A DNA stretch of 64,000 bases from Candidatus Poribacteria bacterium (GTDB lineage: Bacteria > Poribacteria > WGA-4E > WGA-3G). The notes below the pieces were generated by a model. It had not been told where the DNA came from, searched no databases, and was given only the letters and a program-made list of their open reading frames with translations. Shown one piece after another: positions 39,309 to 49,156 of this stretch. The position numbers were made by a program, and so were the translations under genes. Where the stretch lies: contig OZ240248.1 of assembly GCA_965198235.1 (NCBI GenBank), positions 4,896,001-4,960,000 on the forward strand. The letters are read 5' to 3'. The first letter of the stretch is position 1. Each line of letters begins with the position of its first letter.

Positions 39309-40124
39309 ATGCGAGTACTCATCATGTCGGATATGGAAGGTGTCAGTGGTATCGTCGTGTGGGAACAGGTGAGCGGCGGTGCGGCGATGTTTGAGGAAGG
39401 ACGACACCTCTACACGGAGGAGATTAACGCCGCCGTGCGCGGTGCGAAAGCCGCAGGGGCGACAGAGATTGTCGTCGTAGATTGCCACGGGGCAGGACAA
39501 GGGTGGACCTTTAATTCGCTCATTCCCGATAAAATCCACCCGGATTGCGAGTGGGTAGCACACCATGGATGGGGACGCTACGAAGATATGTGGAAGGACG
39601 GTTGTGACGCGTGCTTGCTCATCGGTATGCATGCCCGCAATGGCACGCCTGCTGGGGTGTTGTGCCATACGATTTCCAGCGCGCAATACCGAAATCTTTG
39701 GTTCAATGACGACCTTGTTGGTGAGACTGGAGTGAACGCCGCACTCAACGGATGCTATGGTGTGCCAGTTGCACTGGTTACAGGCGATGCGGCAGTCTGC
39801 CGAGAAGCCAAAGAACTCCTCGGCGACGCACTGCCTACAGTCGCTGTTAAACAAGGACTCAGCCGGTTTAGTGCGCGACAACTTCCGCCGGTACGTGCCC
39901 GCCAATTGATTGAGGACGCAGCAAGAGACGCACTCACGGATTTAACTCGTGTTAAGCCTTATGTCCCTGATACCCCGACGACAATCAAAATTGAACTCTC
40001 AAGTGTGGATAAACTCGCAGAATTCAAAGGACGACCGGGGGTTGAGATAACAGGTCCTGTTACCGTTGAAAGCCGGGCAAAAGATTGGCTGACGGCATGG
40101 AACCAATTCTGGCCCTATGTCTAA
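39309..40124 (+). CDS. D-aminopeptidase, peptidase M55 (DppA family)
   Basis: SDMEG, VDCHG, GMHA, HT, VTGD motifs. Confidence 0.92.
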   Translation: MRVLIMSDMEGVSGIVVWEQVSGGAAMFEEGRHLYTEEINAAVRGAKAAGATEIVVVDCHGAGQGWTFNSLIPDKIHPDCEWVAHHGWGRYEDMWKDGCDACLLIGMHARNGTPAGVLCHTISSAQYRNLWFNDDLVGETGVNAALNGCYGVPVALVTGDAAVCREAKELLGDALPTVAVKQGLSRFSARQLPPVRARQLIEDAARDALTDLTRVKPYVPDTPTTIKIELSSVDKLAEFKGRPGVEITGPVTVESRAKDWLTAWNQFWPYV

Positions 40125-40543
40125 GATTCGTCAAGAACATCAAGCGGATCACCAGCGGCATCTGCACGTTCTAAAATTTCGACTTCGTAGCCATCCGGAT
40201 CGGTGATGAATGCCATTTTCATTCCACCTGATGTGAATTGTTTGTGCCATTCATCGGGCCAAATTTCCAGTCCTGCTTTCTCTAACCCGTCGCAAAATTC
40301 GACAATGTCTGGGACACCGATGGCGAAGTGCATCAGATCCTCTTGAACCTGAAGTTCAAAATCGGGTGAATAGGTTAATTCTAATGTATGTGCATTGCCC
40401 GGGAGTTCAAGATGGACGATCTGGTTGCCCGCTGGAGATTTATCGCTCCGACTGAGAACTTTGAACCCTAAGTGATCGCAATACCAATTGATGGAACCGT
40501 CAAGGTCGCTGACGCGAACCCGCGTATGTAAAAAAACTGCCAT
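40121..40543 (-). CDS. VOC/glyoxalase family (lactoylglutathione lyase-like)
   Basis: LHTRVRVSDL, LELTY, HFAI, FITDPDGYEVE. Confidence 0.9.
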   Translation of the reverse strand: MAVFLHTRVRVSDLDGSINWYCDHLGFKVLSRSDKSPAGNQIVHLELPGNAHTLELTYSPDFELQVQEDLMHFAIGVPDIVEFCDGLEKAGLEIWPDEWHKQFTSGGMKMAFITDPDGYEVEILERADAAGDPLDVLDES

Positions 40544-40636
40544 GTGAGTCTCCTTTGTAAGCGTTATGAAGACATAATAACATACTCAATGGATTTTGGC
40601 AAGGTATCGACAGCATTTTTAGGAATGGTTTTGTCG

Positions 40637-40672
40637 TTGAAAATAGGTGTCAGGTTGTATATAATACACCTA
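40637..40672 (+). promoter_or_regulatory. hicBA promoter with overlapping inverted-repeat operator
   Basis: TTGAAA-17 nt-TATAAT; TAGGTGT (40644-40650) and ACACCTA (40666-40672) flank the -10 box. Confidence 0.65.
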
Positions 40673-40691
40673 AACAAAAAAGGAGAATCCC

Positions 40692-40904
40692 ATGGACCAT
40701 ATTTATACTGCACTCATCCAACAACGTGGCGAGTGGTGGATCGGACGGATCCAAGAAATCCCGAGTGTGAATTGCCAAGAGAGAACACGCGACGAATTAT
40801 TGGATACGCTGAAAATCACGCTCAGCGAAATGCTGGAAATCAACCGAGAGGAAGCCATCAACCTTGTTGAAAATGGATATCAGGCGGTTACAATCCAACT
40901 ATGA
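40692..40904 (+). CDS. hicB: HicB family antitoxin
   Basis: YTALI....WWIG.I.EIP.VNCQE.T..EL signature. Confidence 0.88.
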   Translation: MDHIYTALIQQRGEWWIGRIQEIPSVNCQERTRDELLDTLKITLSEMLEINREEAINLVENGYQAVTIQL

Positions 40905-41086
40905 AACGCCGGAGGCTGATTAGACATCTCAGGAGGCATGGCTGTTGTTTGATTCGCGAAGGGAGAAAGCACGCTATATGGGGAAATCCTGTCATGAATA
41001 CTAAAACTCCTGTCCCTCGTCATACCGAGATTGATAATCAACTTGCTGCAGAAATCTGTAAACAGTTAGGGATCCCACCCCTATAA
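40901..41086 (+). CDS. hicA: HicA family mRNA interferase toxin
   Basis: MKRR.LI..L...GC...REG.KH...VPRH.EI...L...ICKQL; ATGA overlap with hicB. Confidence 0.92.
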   Translation: MKRRRLIRHLRRHGCCLIREGRKHAIWGNPVMNTKTPVPRHTEIDNQLAAEICKQLGIPPL

Positions 41087-41117
41087 TTGAAAAATCTGTG
41101 CCTAACGCGGAGAAAAA

Positions 41118-42497
41118 ATGCCCCGAAAAACCGATAGACCGAACGTTCTCTTTATCATGTCAGATCAGCATCGATACGATTATCTGGAGACTGACGAGAA
41201 TGCGCCTACCGCACTCAATACCCCAAGCTTACGACGCTTAGCGGAAGCGGGCGTGAGTTTCCCAAACTGCACAGTGAATGCACCTGTCTGTGCGCCGTCA
41301 CGTATCGCTCTTGCATCGGGATTGCAACCTTCACGAGTGGGGGCAGTAGATAATGGAAGTTTCCTACCGGCCACCGTGCCGACCTACTATCAGCAACTTC
41401 GCGACTACGGCTATCGCGTCGGATGTGTCGGTAAACTCGATCTTGCCAAGCCCGATGGCTATAATGGACGTTACGGCGACCGACCTCGTACCTATAGTTG
41501 GGGGTTCACACATCCTGAAGAGTGTGAAGGCAAAATGCATGCTGGAAGTTCACCAACACCTATCGGTCCTTATACGCACTACCTTCAGGAGAAAGGGGCA
41601 CTCAAAGCGTTCCACGAAGATTATCAGAAACGCAGTAGCGGCGGTTGGATTAAAGGCGGTTCTCACGATTCTGTCCTCTCGACAGAAGATTTCGCCGATA
41701 CTTATATCGGCAGACGGGCAACGGAATTTATTGAGAACATCCCTGATGATTTTCCATGGCATCTGTTCGTGAGTTTCGTTGGACCGCATGATCCGTTCGA
41801 TCCGCCTACGGAGTATGGGGACAAGTATCGGAATGCAGAGATGCCTCCGGCTATCGTTAGCGATATGGAAAGGAAGCCTGAATGGGTGAAACGGCGCGTC
41901 GTCGATATCAGTCCTGAGGAGATTACTGTAACACGTCAACAGTACTGCGCTGCGACGGAACTCATTGATGACCAAATCGGAGAAATGCTTCGCGTACTTG
42001 AACAACGTGGGATGCTCGACAATACCTATATCATTTATTCAAGTGACCACGGAGAAATGCTTGGTGACCACGGGCTTTACACCAAAAGTGTCGCGTATGA
42101 AGCGTCGCTCAGAGTCCCACTTCTCGTCGCCGGACCCGGCATTGCGGGAAACCAGATTTCGGAGAGTTTGGTCGAGTTGATTGATCTGAATCCGACGATA
42201 TGTGAATTAGTGGGTGTGCCTGTGTTACCGCGTATTGACGCGAGGTCTATTGCACCTATTCTTCGTGGTGAAACTGAAACGCACCGCACCGAAACCGTGA
42301 GTGCCCTCCGAAACTTCCGTTGTATTCGGACGGCAACGCATAAACTCATCGAAAACTACAGCGATGTGACGGAGCTATACGATTTAGAGAACGATCCGTG
42401 CGAACTCCGCAACATCGCCGAGTCGGAACGTGAAATCGCTCGGACACTCAGTGGGCGTTTGGCGAGGCGGTTCCGCTCAGAGTTGAGCACGGATTGA
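41118..42497 (+). CDS. Sulfatase (formylglycine-dependent)
   Basis: PNVLFIMSDQHR, CAPSR, PHDP, SDHGEMLGDHG. Confidence 0.93.
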   Translation: MPRKTDRPNVLFIMSDQHRYDYLETDENAPTALNTPSLRRLAEAGVSFPNCTVNAPVCAPSRIALASGLQPSRVGAVDNGSFLPATVPTYYQQLRDYGYRVGCVGKLDLAKPDGYNGRYGDRPRTYSWGFTHPEECEGKMHAGSSPTPIGPYTHYLQEKGALKAFHEDYQKRSSGGWIKGGSHDSVLSTEDFADTYIGRRATEFIENIPDDFPWHLFVSFVGPHDPFDPPTEYGDKYRNAEMPPAIVSDMERKPEWVKRRVVDISPEEITVTRQQYCAATELIDDQIGEMLRVLEQRGMLDNTYIIYSSDHGEMLGDHGLYTKSVAYEASLRVPLLVAGPGIAGNQISESLVELIDLNPTICELVGVPVLPRIDARSIAPILRGETETHRTETVSALRNFRCIRTATHKLIENYSDVTELYDLENDPCELRNIAESEREIARTLSGRLARRFRSELSTD

Positions 42498-42507
42498 ATA
42501 AATTCAA

Positions 42508-43698
42508 ATGGATACAAACCTGACTTATGACGCGAAGCGTGCGTACCACCACATTACGCAACTCGCTTTCCCGAGGCTGGTGGGCAGCACGGGTGAATCA
42601 AAGGCGCAGGACTACATCGTTCAGCAATTTGCGGGGTTAGGGCTGGATGTCTCACGAGAATCCTTTTCTTTTACAAAATTCCCCGCGGAGGTATTACCTC
42701 GTCTCCTGTGTAGTCTTTTCGTTCCGGTAGTCCTCTCTGTCCCTTGGCTCGGTGACCGGTTTCCGATACTTGTATGCCTTGCCTGTCTACTCAGCCTCTC
42801 TGTAGCATTGCTTTTTACGCAGTGGCAGAAACGGTTTGAAGGGTTGTATGATGTCGGCAGAACGCATCATTCGGAAAACATTGTTGCAACGAACGGTAGG
42901 AAACCCAATGATAGTCCCCCGGCGTTGCTGTTTGTCGCACATTACGACTCCAAGTCACAGGTGTTACCGATCGCTGTTCGGGCTGCGGCTTACGGCATAG
43001 CGATTGTTGGGCTTATTGCATTGACAACTGTAATGGTGATTGAGGTCGCCACCTTTGCTTGGTTCCCCGATTACATTACCCTCGTCTGGTCACCCGATTC
43101 CATTGTCTGGAGTGTCGCCGGTGTTACTACTTTTTGCCTGCTACTTTTACAAATCAATTTCACACAGAACCTTTCTCCTGGGGGTTTTGATAATGCCTCT
43201 GGCGTTGGTGTTATGCTTGAAGTAGCGGGCGTAGTGATGGCGCGTGGTGAAAAAAAATCTGTTACGTTCCTTGCCGCTGGTGCGGAAGAATACGGTATGT
43301 GCGGTGCGTTACGCTATATCCAAGCACACACTCGCGAATATGACCGAGATCGCACCTACGTTATTAACTTAGATGGGCTCGGCGTTGGGAACGCCGTTAG
43401 CGTCGTCACGCGCTATGGAATCCCGCCGGTTCGCACGGCATATATGTTAGCTGAGATGTTCCGAACATCGGGTAAAGCACTTGACACACAGGTTTCGGAG
43501 CGTTATTTGCCGATCGGTGTCGGGTTAGACAGCATTCCGATTGCAAGCCATGGATTTGAAACAGTTACGTTGACGGCGGGAGATGTGGGAAGTGTCGCTT
43601 TAAAAGTCCATTCAAAGCAGGATAGATGCGACCTGCTCGATACGGAAAGTCTACAACAGATGGGTGAGTTAATTGTCAATGTCGTTGAACGCATATAA
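42508..43698 (+). CDS. Membrane-bound peptidase M28 family
   Basis: AHYDS, DNASG, AEE, NLD and H motifs with TM segments. Confidence 0.88.
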   Translation: MDTNLTYDAKRAYHHITQLAFPRLVGSTGESKAQDYIVQQFAGLGLDVSRESFSFTKFPAEVLPRLLCSLFVPVVLSVPWLGDRFPILVCLACLLSLSVALLFTQWQKRFEGLYDVGRTHHSENIVATNGRKPNDSPPALLFVAHYDSKSQVLPIAVRAAAYGIAIVGLIALTTVMVIEVATFAWFPDYITLVWSPDSIVWSVAGVTTFCLLLLQINFTQNLSPGGFDNASGVGVMLEVAGVVMARGEKKSVTFLAAGAEEYGMCGALRYIQAHTREYDRDRTYVINLDGLGVGNAVSVVTRYGIPPVRTAYMLAEMFRTSGKALDTQVSERYLPIGVGLDSIPIASHGFETVTLTAGDVGSVALKVHSKQDRCDLLDTESLQQMGELIVNVVERI

Positions 43699-44338
43699 AA
43701 ATCCACTTCCAGTCACAGGGGTCATCCTCGCGGGTGGTAAGAGTCGACGGATGGGAGAGAATAAGGCGTTGATGCAACTCGGAGACGATTCGCTCATCGA
43801 ACACGTTATCCGCTGTATGCGCCTTATCACGGACGAACTTCTGCTTGTCACCAATAGCCCTACTGAATATGCACACCTCGGTGTGTCGATGCACGGCGAT
43901 ATTCTCCCCGGCACTGGCGCGTTGGGAGGCATCTATACCGGTTTGACGCGTGCTTCGTATGATATTGTACTCTGTGCTGCGTGCGATAGTCCGTTTTTAG
44001 AGTCGAAACTACTCACCTATCTTGTCTCTGCTCTGGGAGCATATGATGCAGTGATGCCTTATACCTATAAGGAAATCAACGCCTATAGCGACGATACACA
44101 GATAACACTCCAGACGTTGTGTGCAGCCTATTCTAAACGCTGTCTATCTATTATTGAGTTGATGTTACGGGACTCCGAGTTGCGCGTCCATGCCCTACAG
44201 GAACGCGCACACATAAAGCGTGTTTCACCTGAAGTCTGGCGGGAGTTTGACTCGGAGGGCATGTCCTTTTTCAATATCAACACGCCTGAAGACTTTGAGA
44301 GAGCAAATTCCTATATGAGATCCCAAGCTGCGTGTTAA
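43673..44338 (+). CDS. mobA: Molybdenum cofactor guanylyltransferase
   Basis: LAGGKSRRMG.NKA, GALGGIYTG, ACD.PF, FFNINTPED. Confidence 0.93.
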   Translation: MSMSLNAYKNPLPVTGVILAGGKSRRMGENKALMQLGDDSLIEHVIRCMRLITDELLLVTNSPTEYAHLGVSMHGDILPGTGALGGIYTGLTRASYDIVLCAACDSPFLESKLLTYLVSALGAYDAVMPYTYKEINAYSDDTQITLQTLCAAYSKRCLSIIELMLRDSELRVHALQERAHIKRVSPEVWREFDSEGMSFFNINTPEDFERANSYMRSQAAC

Positions 44339-44562
44339 GTCTGTCTTACACTTTCCCTGAGTCGTGCGCGCTTGTGTTTAGATTTCGATGTCCTTTACGT
44401 TCTCAGAAATCTGAATTTTCGTTTTAAACCTTTTCGCTGAAAACTCCTCTCTTTATAACTGAAATTTAATTAGTTAGAGTTGCAAAATTACGAATATGCA
44501 ACCTTCTTCCCTATAATATGTGTCACGTGTCACAAGGTAATGTTGTTGATTGGAGGGGACGC

Positions 44563-44835
44563 ATGAAAAACGATGATGCGAAATGGATTGAACGCATCTT
44601 GGCAGGCGATAAAGCGGGGGAAAGCGTAATCATTAAGTCGTTAGCAACAGCGGAGGATGCTGTTTATGGAGCGAATGATGACGGCATCTATCACTTAAAA
44701 AAGGAAACAGGGACTTGGGAACAAATTGTGCCTGAAATTCCAGATGCGATAACTTCTCTCGTTGTTGATGGAGATACCTTTTACGTTGGTACGGAACATC
44801 GTGGTGTGCTCCGTCTTGAACGTGCCAATCAGTAG
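44563..44835 (+). pseudogene. In-frame deletion relic of an ECF sigma factor / beta-propeller fusion gene
   Basis: GGAGG RBS; MKNDDAKWIERILAGD (ECF sigma N-terminus) joined directly to terminal propeller blades (VYGA...GIY...WEQ...ITSLVVDGDTFYVGT..RGV). Confidence 0.6.
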
Positions 44836-44902
44836 ACGTGTACGCTTGTAGCAGATGCTATCTAAAGTGATAGGGAACGAAATGCATATAGAGGTATGAT
44901 TA

Positions 44903-46414
44903 ATGCTAACAACACTCATCCGCCGAGAACTCCTCGACAACCTAATGACGTTTCGATTTGCGGTAGCTGTTTTTATTATGCTGTTGCTTGTGGTTGCCAA
45001 TACCGTTGTGCTTATTAAGGATTATGAGCAGCGTTTGGCAAGCCATAACGCTGCTGTCAAAGGGCATCAGCGGCAGCTTCAGGAGAAAAAAACGTATTCC
45101 GCAGGGACAGAGAAATTATTTGTCGACCGGCCTCCGAACCCAGTAAGCATTTTCAATGTTGGGTTCGATAAGCAACTCGGAAATCAGATTCGGGTATCAC
45201 ATACTTATGTGCCATCGCTGTGGGATGCCGGAATGCATGGGTCGGATAATCCGTTTATGGATATGTTCGCCTCCATGGATATTGTTTTTATCTTTGAGGT
45301 GATCCTGAGTTTGTTAGCACTGATTTTTGCCTACGATACCCTCGCGGGTGAATACGAGCGTGGCACATTACGTCTGGTCTTGACATCGCACGTCCATCGC
45401 GGGCATATCCTATTTGCGAAGTACATCAGTGCAATGCTCTGCCTACTCGCGCCATTGCTAATGAGCCTGCTTCTCGCAGTCATTTTGCTGACGACGACCT
45501 CCTCCATTTCTCTGAACGCCGATGATTTTTTACGGATCGGCGGGATTATTTTAACAACCGTTGTGTATCTTTCTATATTCTATCTCATCGGGCTGCTGAT
45601 TTCGGCGGCGACGCGTCGAACACGTACCGCCTTGATGCTCTCCATGTTCGTGTGGGGGTTTTTAGTCCTTGTCTATCCGAATATGATTCTTGCCGTGGTC
45701 CCGCAACCGGATGCACCGCAGGCACGCCGTGCATCCGCCTTTAATCAAATTGAACAGATATGGGAGGAATTTGACAGAAATCGGAAACACTTCCTCGCCA
45801 CTGACGCTTTTCCTGGCGAAGATTGGCATTTTAAAATTATGGGATCTGGGTGGTACGGTGCATATCTTTGGGGTAGCCCCAGACACCTATACTATATCTA
45901 CGAAAGCAGAATGGAGGCTAATAGCCTTGGCGAGGGATCTGAACCCAAGGTTCCACACGCCCAGAATTACTTCGGTTTCCTCGGTCCCCACGTTATTGGG
46001 ACAGCGGACCAAACGTGGTTTATCCGAAAACCTGCACTGGAAGACATCTTCATTCAACCCGCAAATGTGGAGCGACTCTGGCTAAAACTCTCGCCTGTGG
46101 GGCTGTATGACACCGCAACACAAGCCTGGGCTGGCACCGACTTGCTCGGTGTCAGAGATTTTTTCAAGGCTGCGAGACGATACAGACAGCACGTGATTGA
46201 CTATTTCTATGATGAAGAGGTGTTCAGATCTCGACAGTGGTTTTCTTCGGACAAAGGTGCCGCAGATTGGAGCAATCTACCACAGTTCTCTTTTCAAAGG
46301 GTCAATGCGAATACAAATGCAAAGCGAGCGTTACCGGACGTATGTTTACTGCTCATGATTAATATAGTTCTGTTCATCATAATATTTCTGATTTTCATCA
46401 AAAGTGAAGTGTAG
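44903..46414 (+). CDS. ABC-2 type transporter permease
   Basis: RRELLDNL..FRF N-terminus; AYD.LAGE.ERGTLRL; multiple TMs. Confidence 0.85.
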   Translation: MLTTLIRRELLDNLMTFRFAVAVFIMLLLVVANTVVLIKDYEQRLASHNAAVKGHQRQLQEKKTYSAGTEKLFVDRPPNPVSIFNVGFDKQLGNQIRVSHTYVPSLWDAGMHGSDNPFMDMFASMDIVFIFEVILSLLALIFAYDTLAGEYERGTLRLVLTSHVHRGHILFAKYISAMLCLLAPLLMSLLLAVILLTTTSSISLNADDFLRIGGIILTTVVYLSIFYLIGLLISAATRRTRTALMLSMFVWGFLVLVYPNMILAVVPQPDAPQARRASAFNQIEQIWEEFDRNRKHFLATDAFPGEDWHFKIMGSGWYGAYLWGSPRHLYYIYESRMEANSLGEGSEPKVPHAQNYFGFLGPHVIGTADQTWFIRKPALEDIFIQPANVERLWLKLSPVGLYDTATQAWAGTDLLGVRDFFKAARRYRQHVIDYFYDEEVFRSRQWFSSDKGAADWSNLPQFSFQRVNANTNAKRALPDVCLLLMINIVLFIIIFLIFIKSEV

Positions 46415-46697
46415 AGTGGCAGTCAGCGGTCAGGTCGCTGCGCTTTCAGCGATCAGTTAAGAAACATATATGGCGATTGCTCGTGTGCTTACTACCGCAA
46501 ACTGCTGATTACCGACTGCCCTTACGAATATGGCACAACCGCTCTTTGCTGAAGGCTGATTACTGACGGTTTTCGACAGCCCTTCTGCCGATAAACGTGT
46601 CGAATGAAGGTAAGCCCGACCAACGGGCGGGCTGGATCTACGAAGGAAATCGTTTTTTCATAGATCTCCTGAACGAACCGCAAGGAACATTAAAAGC

Positions 46698-48125
46698 ATG
46701 ATTTGGCATATCACTAAACGCGAACTTTACGATAACCTCAATAGCCTCCGATTTGCCTTGGCAACGGTGTTGTTGCTCGGTTTGATGCTGACCAACGCGA
46801 TTGTGCATCTCCGGGAACACCCGAAGCGCGTCCAGAACTATCACAATGCCATCAACAGATATCAGAATCGCTTAGCCTCTCATGCCGAGGACAGTTTGTA
46901 CAAACTCGCGGAGCAAGGACCCGGATACCTACACAAGAAACCATCCGACCTCCGTTTCTGTGCAGAGGGCGGCGAGACCTTTTTGCCAAGCAATGTGGAA
47001 GGAGGTTACAGCCGTTGGGGGGAGGGAGGTGAACCGCGTTTAGAAAGTTTTTGGATACTGGCATATCATTCGGCTACCCCCGATCTACATAACGTCCGCC
47101 CAAATGTCACCAAAGTGGATTGGGGTTTTATCATCGGCTACGTCTTAAGTCTCATCGCGCTCCTATTTACCTTCGATTCGATTTCCTACGAGCGCGAGCA
47201 AGGCACACTGCGATTGACGCTCGCGAATTCGATTCCGCGGCACACCGTCCTGATTGGCAAGTTTTTAGGGGCATTAATCAGTATAAACATTCCGTTTACA
47301 CTTGCCGTCTTGGTGAACCTCTTAGTAATTTCCACGTCGAGCGATGTACACCTCGATGCGGAGGCTTGGGGACGTTTAGGTCTCATTTTCTTTATTACGC
47401 TCTTGTATATAAGTCTATTTCTCGCATTGGGACTGCTCGTGTCGGCACGTGTGCAACGGAGTGCGGTGAGTCTTGTGATACTTCTATTGGTTTGGGTCAC
47501 CTTTGTCGTTTTTATGCCCAGTACGCTCGTTTCGATTGCGGGACGTTCCACACCGCCAAAGTCTGCTCTCGGATTTTCTGAACGCAGTGCCCAACTTGAG
47601 GAGGAACTTGAGCGCGAATACTACACGCTTCGGTATGGTTCAAATAAGAGTTTAACCCAAATCCAAACATTACAAGTGGCAGGCGAGTACGTCACTAAAG
47701 ATGCAGCAGGGCAGGAACGCCTGCACGAAGAACGCCTAAAACAGCGAATTTCTCAGGTCCGTCGGGCGCGTGCAATCACCCAAATTTCGCCTGTCACCAT
47801 TTTCCAGCACCTCCTTGAATCCTTTGCCGGAACGGGGTTTGAGCGGCATTTGCAATTTTTAGAAAACGTTCAATCTTACGCCCAAGAATTTCGAGTTTTC
47901 ATTGTTGACACTGATCAAGCCGATCCCGAGAGCCTCCATATCTCTGGGGTTCGTGAGGGGATGTCACAGAAGCCTGTCCCTCCAGCGGCGATTCCGAAAT
48001 TTGAAGATACCTTGAGTCTCAGCAAGGATTTCAACACAGCGGCAGTCGATCTTTTGTTGCTCACGCTGTTTATCATAGTCCTTCTATCGGGAGCGTATCT
48101 CGCTTTTGTGCGAGTTGAGATATGA
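46698..48125 (+). CDS. ABC-2 type transporter permease
   Basis: KRELYDNL.SLRF; FDSIS.EREQGTLRL; GKFLG; multiple TMs. Confidence 0.85.
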   Translation: MIWHITKRELYDNLNSLRFALATVLLLGLMLTNAIVHLREHPKRVQNYHNAINRYQNRLASHAEDSLYKLAEQGPGYLHKKPSDLRFCAEGGETFLPSNVEGGYSRWGEGGEPRLESFWILAYHSATPDLHNVRPNVTKVDWGFIIGYVLSLIALLFTFDSISYEREQGTLRLTLANSIPRHTVLIGKFLGALISINIPFTLAVLVNLLVISTSSDVHLDAEAWGRLGLIFFITLLYISLFLALGLLVSARVQRSAVSLVILLLVWVTFVVFMPSTLVSIAGRSTPPKSALGFSERSAQLEEELEREYYTLRYGSNKSLTQIQTLQVAGEYVTKDAAGQERLHEERLKQRISQVRRARAITQISPVTIFQHLLESFAGTGFERHLQFLENVQSYAQEFRVFIVDTDQADPESLHISGVREGMSQKPVPPAAIPKFEDTLSLSKDFNTAAVDLLLLTLFIIVLLSGAYLAFVRVEI

Positions 48126-48356
48126 TACAAATTGCCTATTCCAGAATTTCTTAATGTCCTGTTCTTTACTGCTGCACAGTTATCCTTTCTCAAATGCGAT
48201 CTCAAATAAGAACTCTTTTGACTCTTTTCGTTAAATCTGCTATCATTTTTGCAATTGATGTGGTGACGCGCGGTTAAGAGTATTTTCATCAGTTCCCAAA
48301 CCATTATTTAGCCAAAACCCTCTTATTTTTGGCTAATCTCCCAAAAGGAGTTTATC

Positions 48357-49151
48357 ATGAAAAGAGTTTTTGTGATTTTCGCGGTGACTGGTATACTCAT
48401 CAGTTTTGCACTGTGTAGTAAAGCCAATCCGCCGGACGGATTAGTGCTGCATCTGAGTTTTGACAAAAATACCATTGATGGCGATACCGTAAAAGATCAG
48501 TCTGAAGAAGGTAATGATGGAACGATTAACGGTTCCGCAAAGATGGCCGCAGGAAAGCATGGCGAAGCGTTGGAGTTTGATGGCAAGGATGACTTTGTCG
48601 AAGTACCACTGGAAGATTCGATTACCTTTTCCACTGGCGATTCATTAACAGTTCAAGTGTGGATAAAAACAGATGATGAGCCGCCAAAGAACGATGGGAT
48701 TGTCGGGAATTATCGTCCGGGCACTGACGCGGTTTGGATACTCTCTGTCAGCGGTGACAACCCTGCGACGCGTGGCAAGATGGCCTTTAGTGTCCGGGAT
48801 AAGGGACGTGCGAATAGTGCTGGGATAACTTCGCCGGACTTCCTGAACGATGACAAATGGCATGTCCTCGCTGGTGTCCGAGACCAAAAAGCAAAAAAGA
48901 TCCGATTCTATGTGGATGACAAGTTGATTGATGAAGTTGATGACAACACAAAGGACATTAACAGCGGGCAGTCGATTTGGGTGGGAGAGCACCTGAATCG
49001 ATTTTACAAGGGGTTGATTGATGAAGTGAAGGTGTGGAATCGTCCGTTGACCGCTGAGGAACTTAAACAGTCGCAACTGCAACCGTCTCCAGTTGATGCC
49101 TCCGGAAAGTTGACGACCGTATGGGGAGCGATCAAAACAGCGTACCGATAA
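48357..49151 (+). CDS. Secreted LamG-like jellyroll protein with VDASGKLTTVWGAIK C-terminal motif
   Basis: GLVLHLSFD, ALEFDG, WH..AGV, GLIDEVKVWNRPL. Confidence 0.88.
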   Translation: MKRVFVIFAVTGILISFALCSKANPPDGLVLHLSFDKNTIDGDTVKDQSEEGNDGTINGSAKMAAGKHGEALEFDGKDDFVEVPLEDSITFSTGDSLTVQVWIKTDDEPPKNDGIVGNYRPGTDAVWILSVSGDNPATRGKMAFSVRDKGRANSAGITSPDFLNDDKWHVLAGVRDQKAKKIRFYVDDKLIDEVDDNTKDINSGQSIWVGEHLNRFYKGLIDEVKVWNRPLTAEELKQSQLQPSPVDASGKLTTVWGAIKTAYR

Positions 49152-49156
49152 TACCG

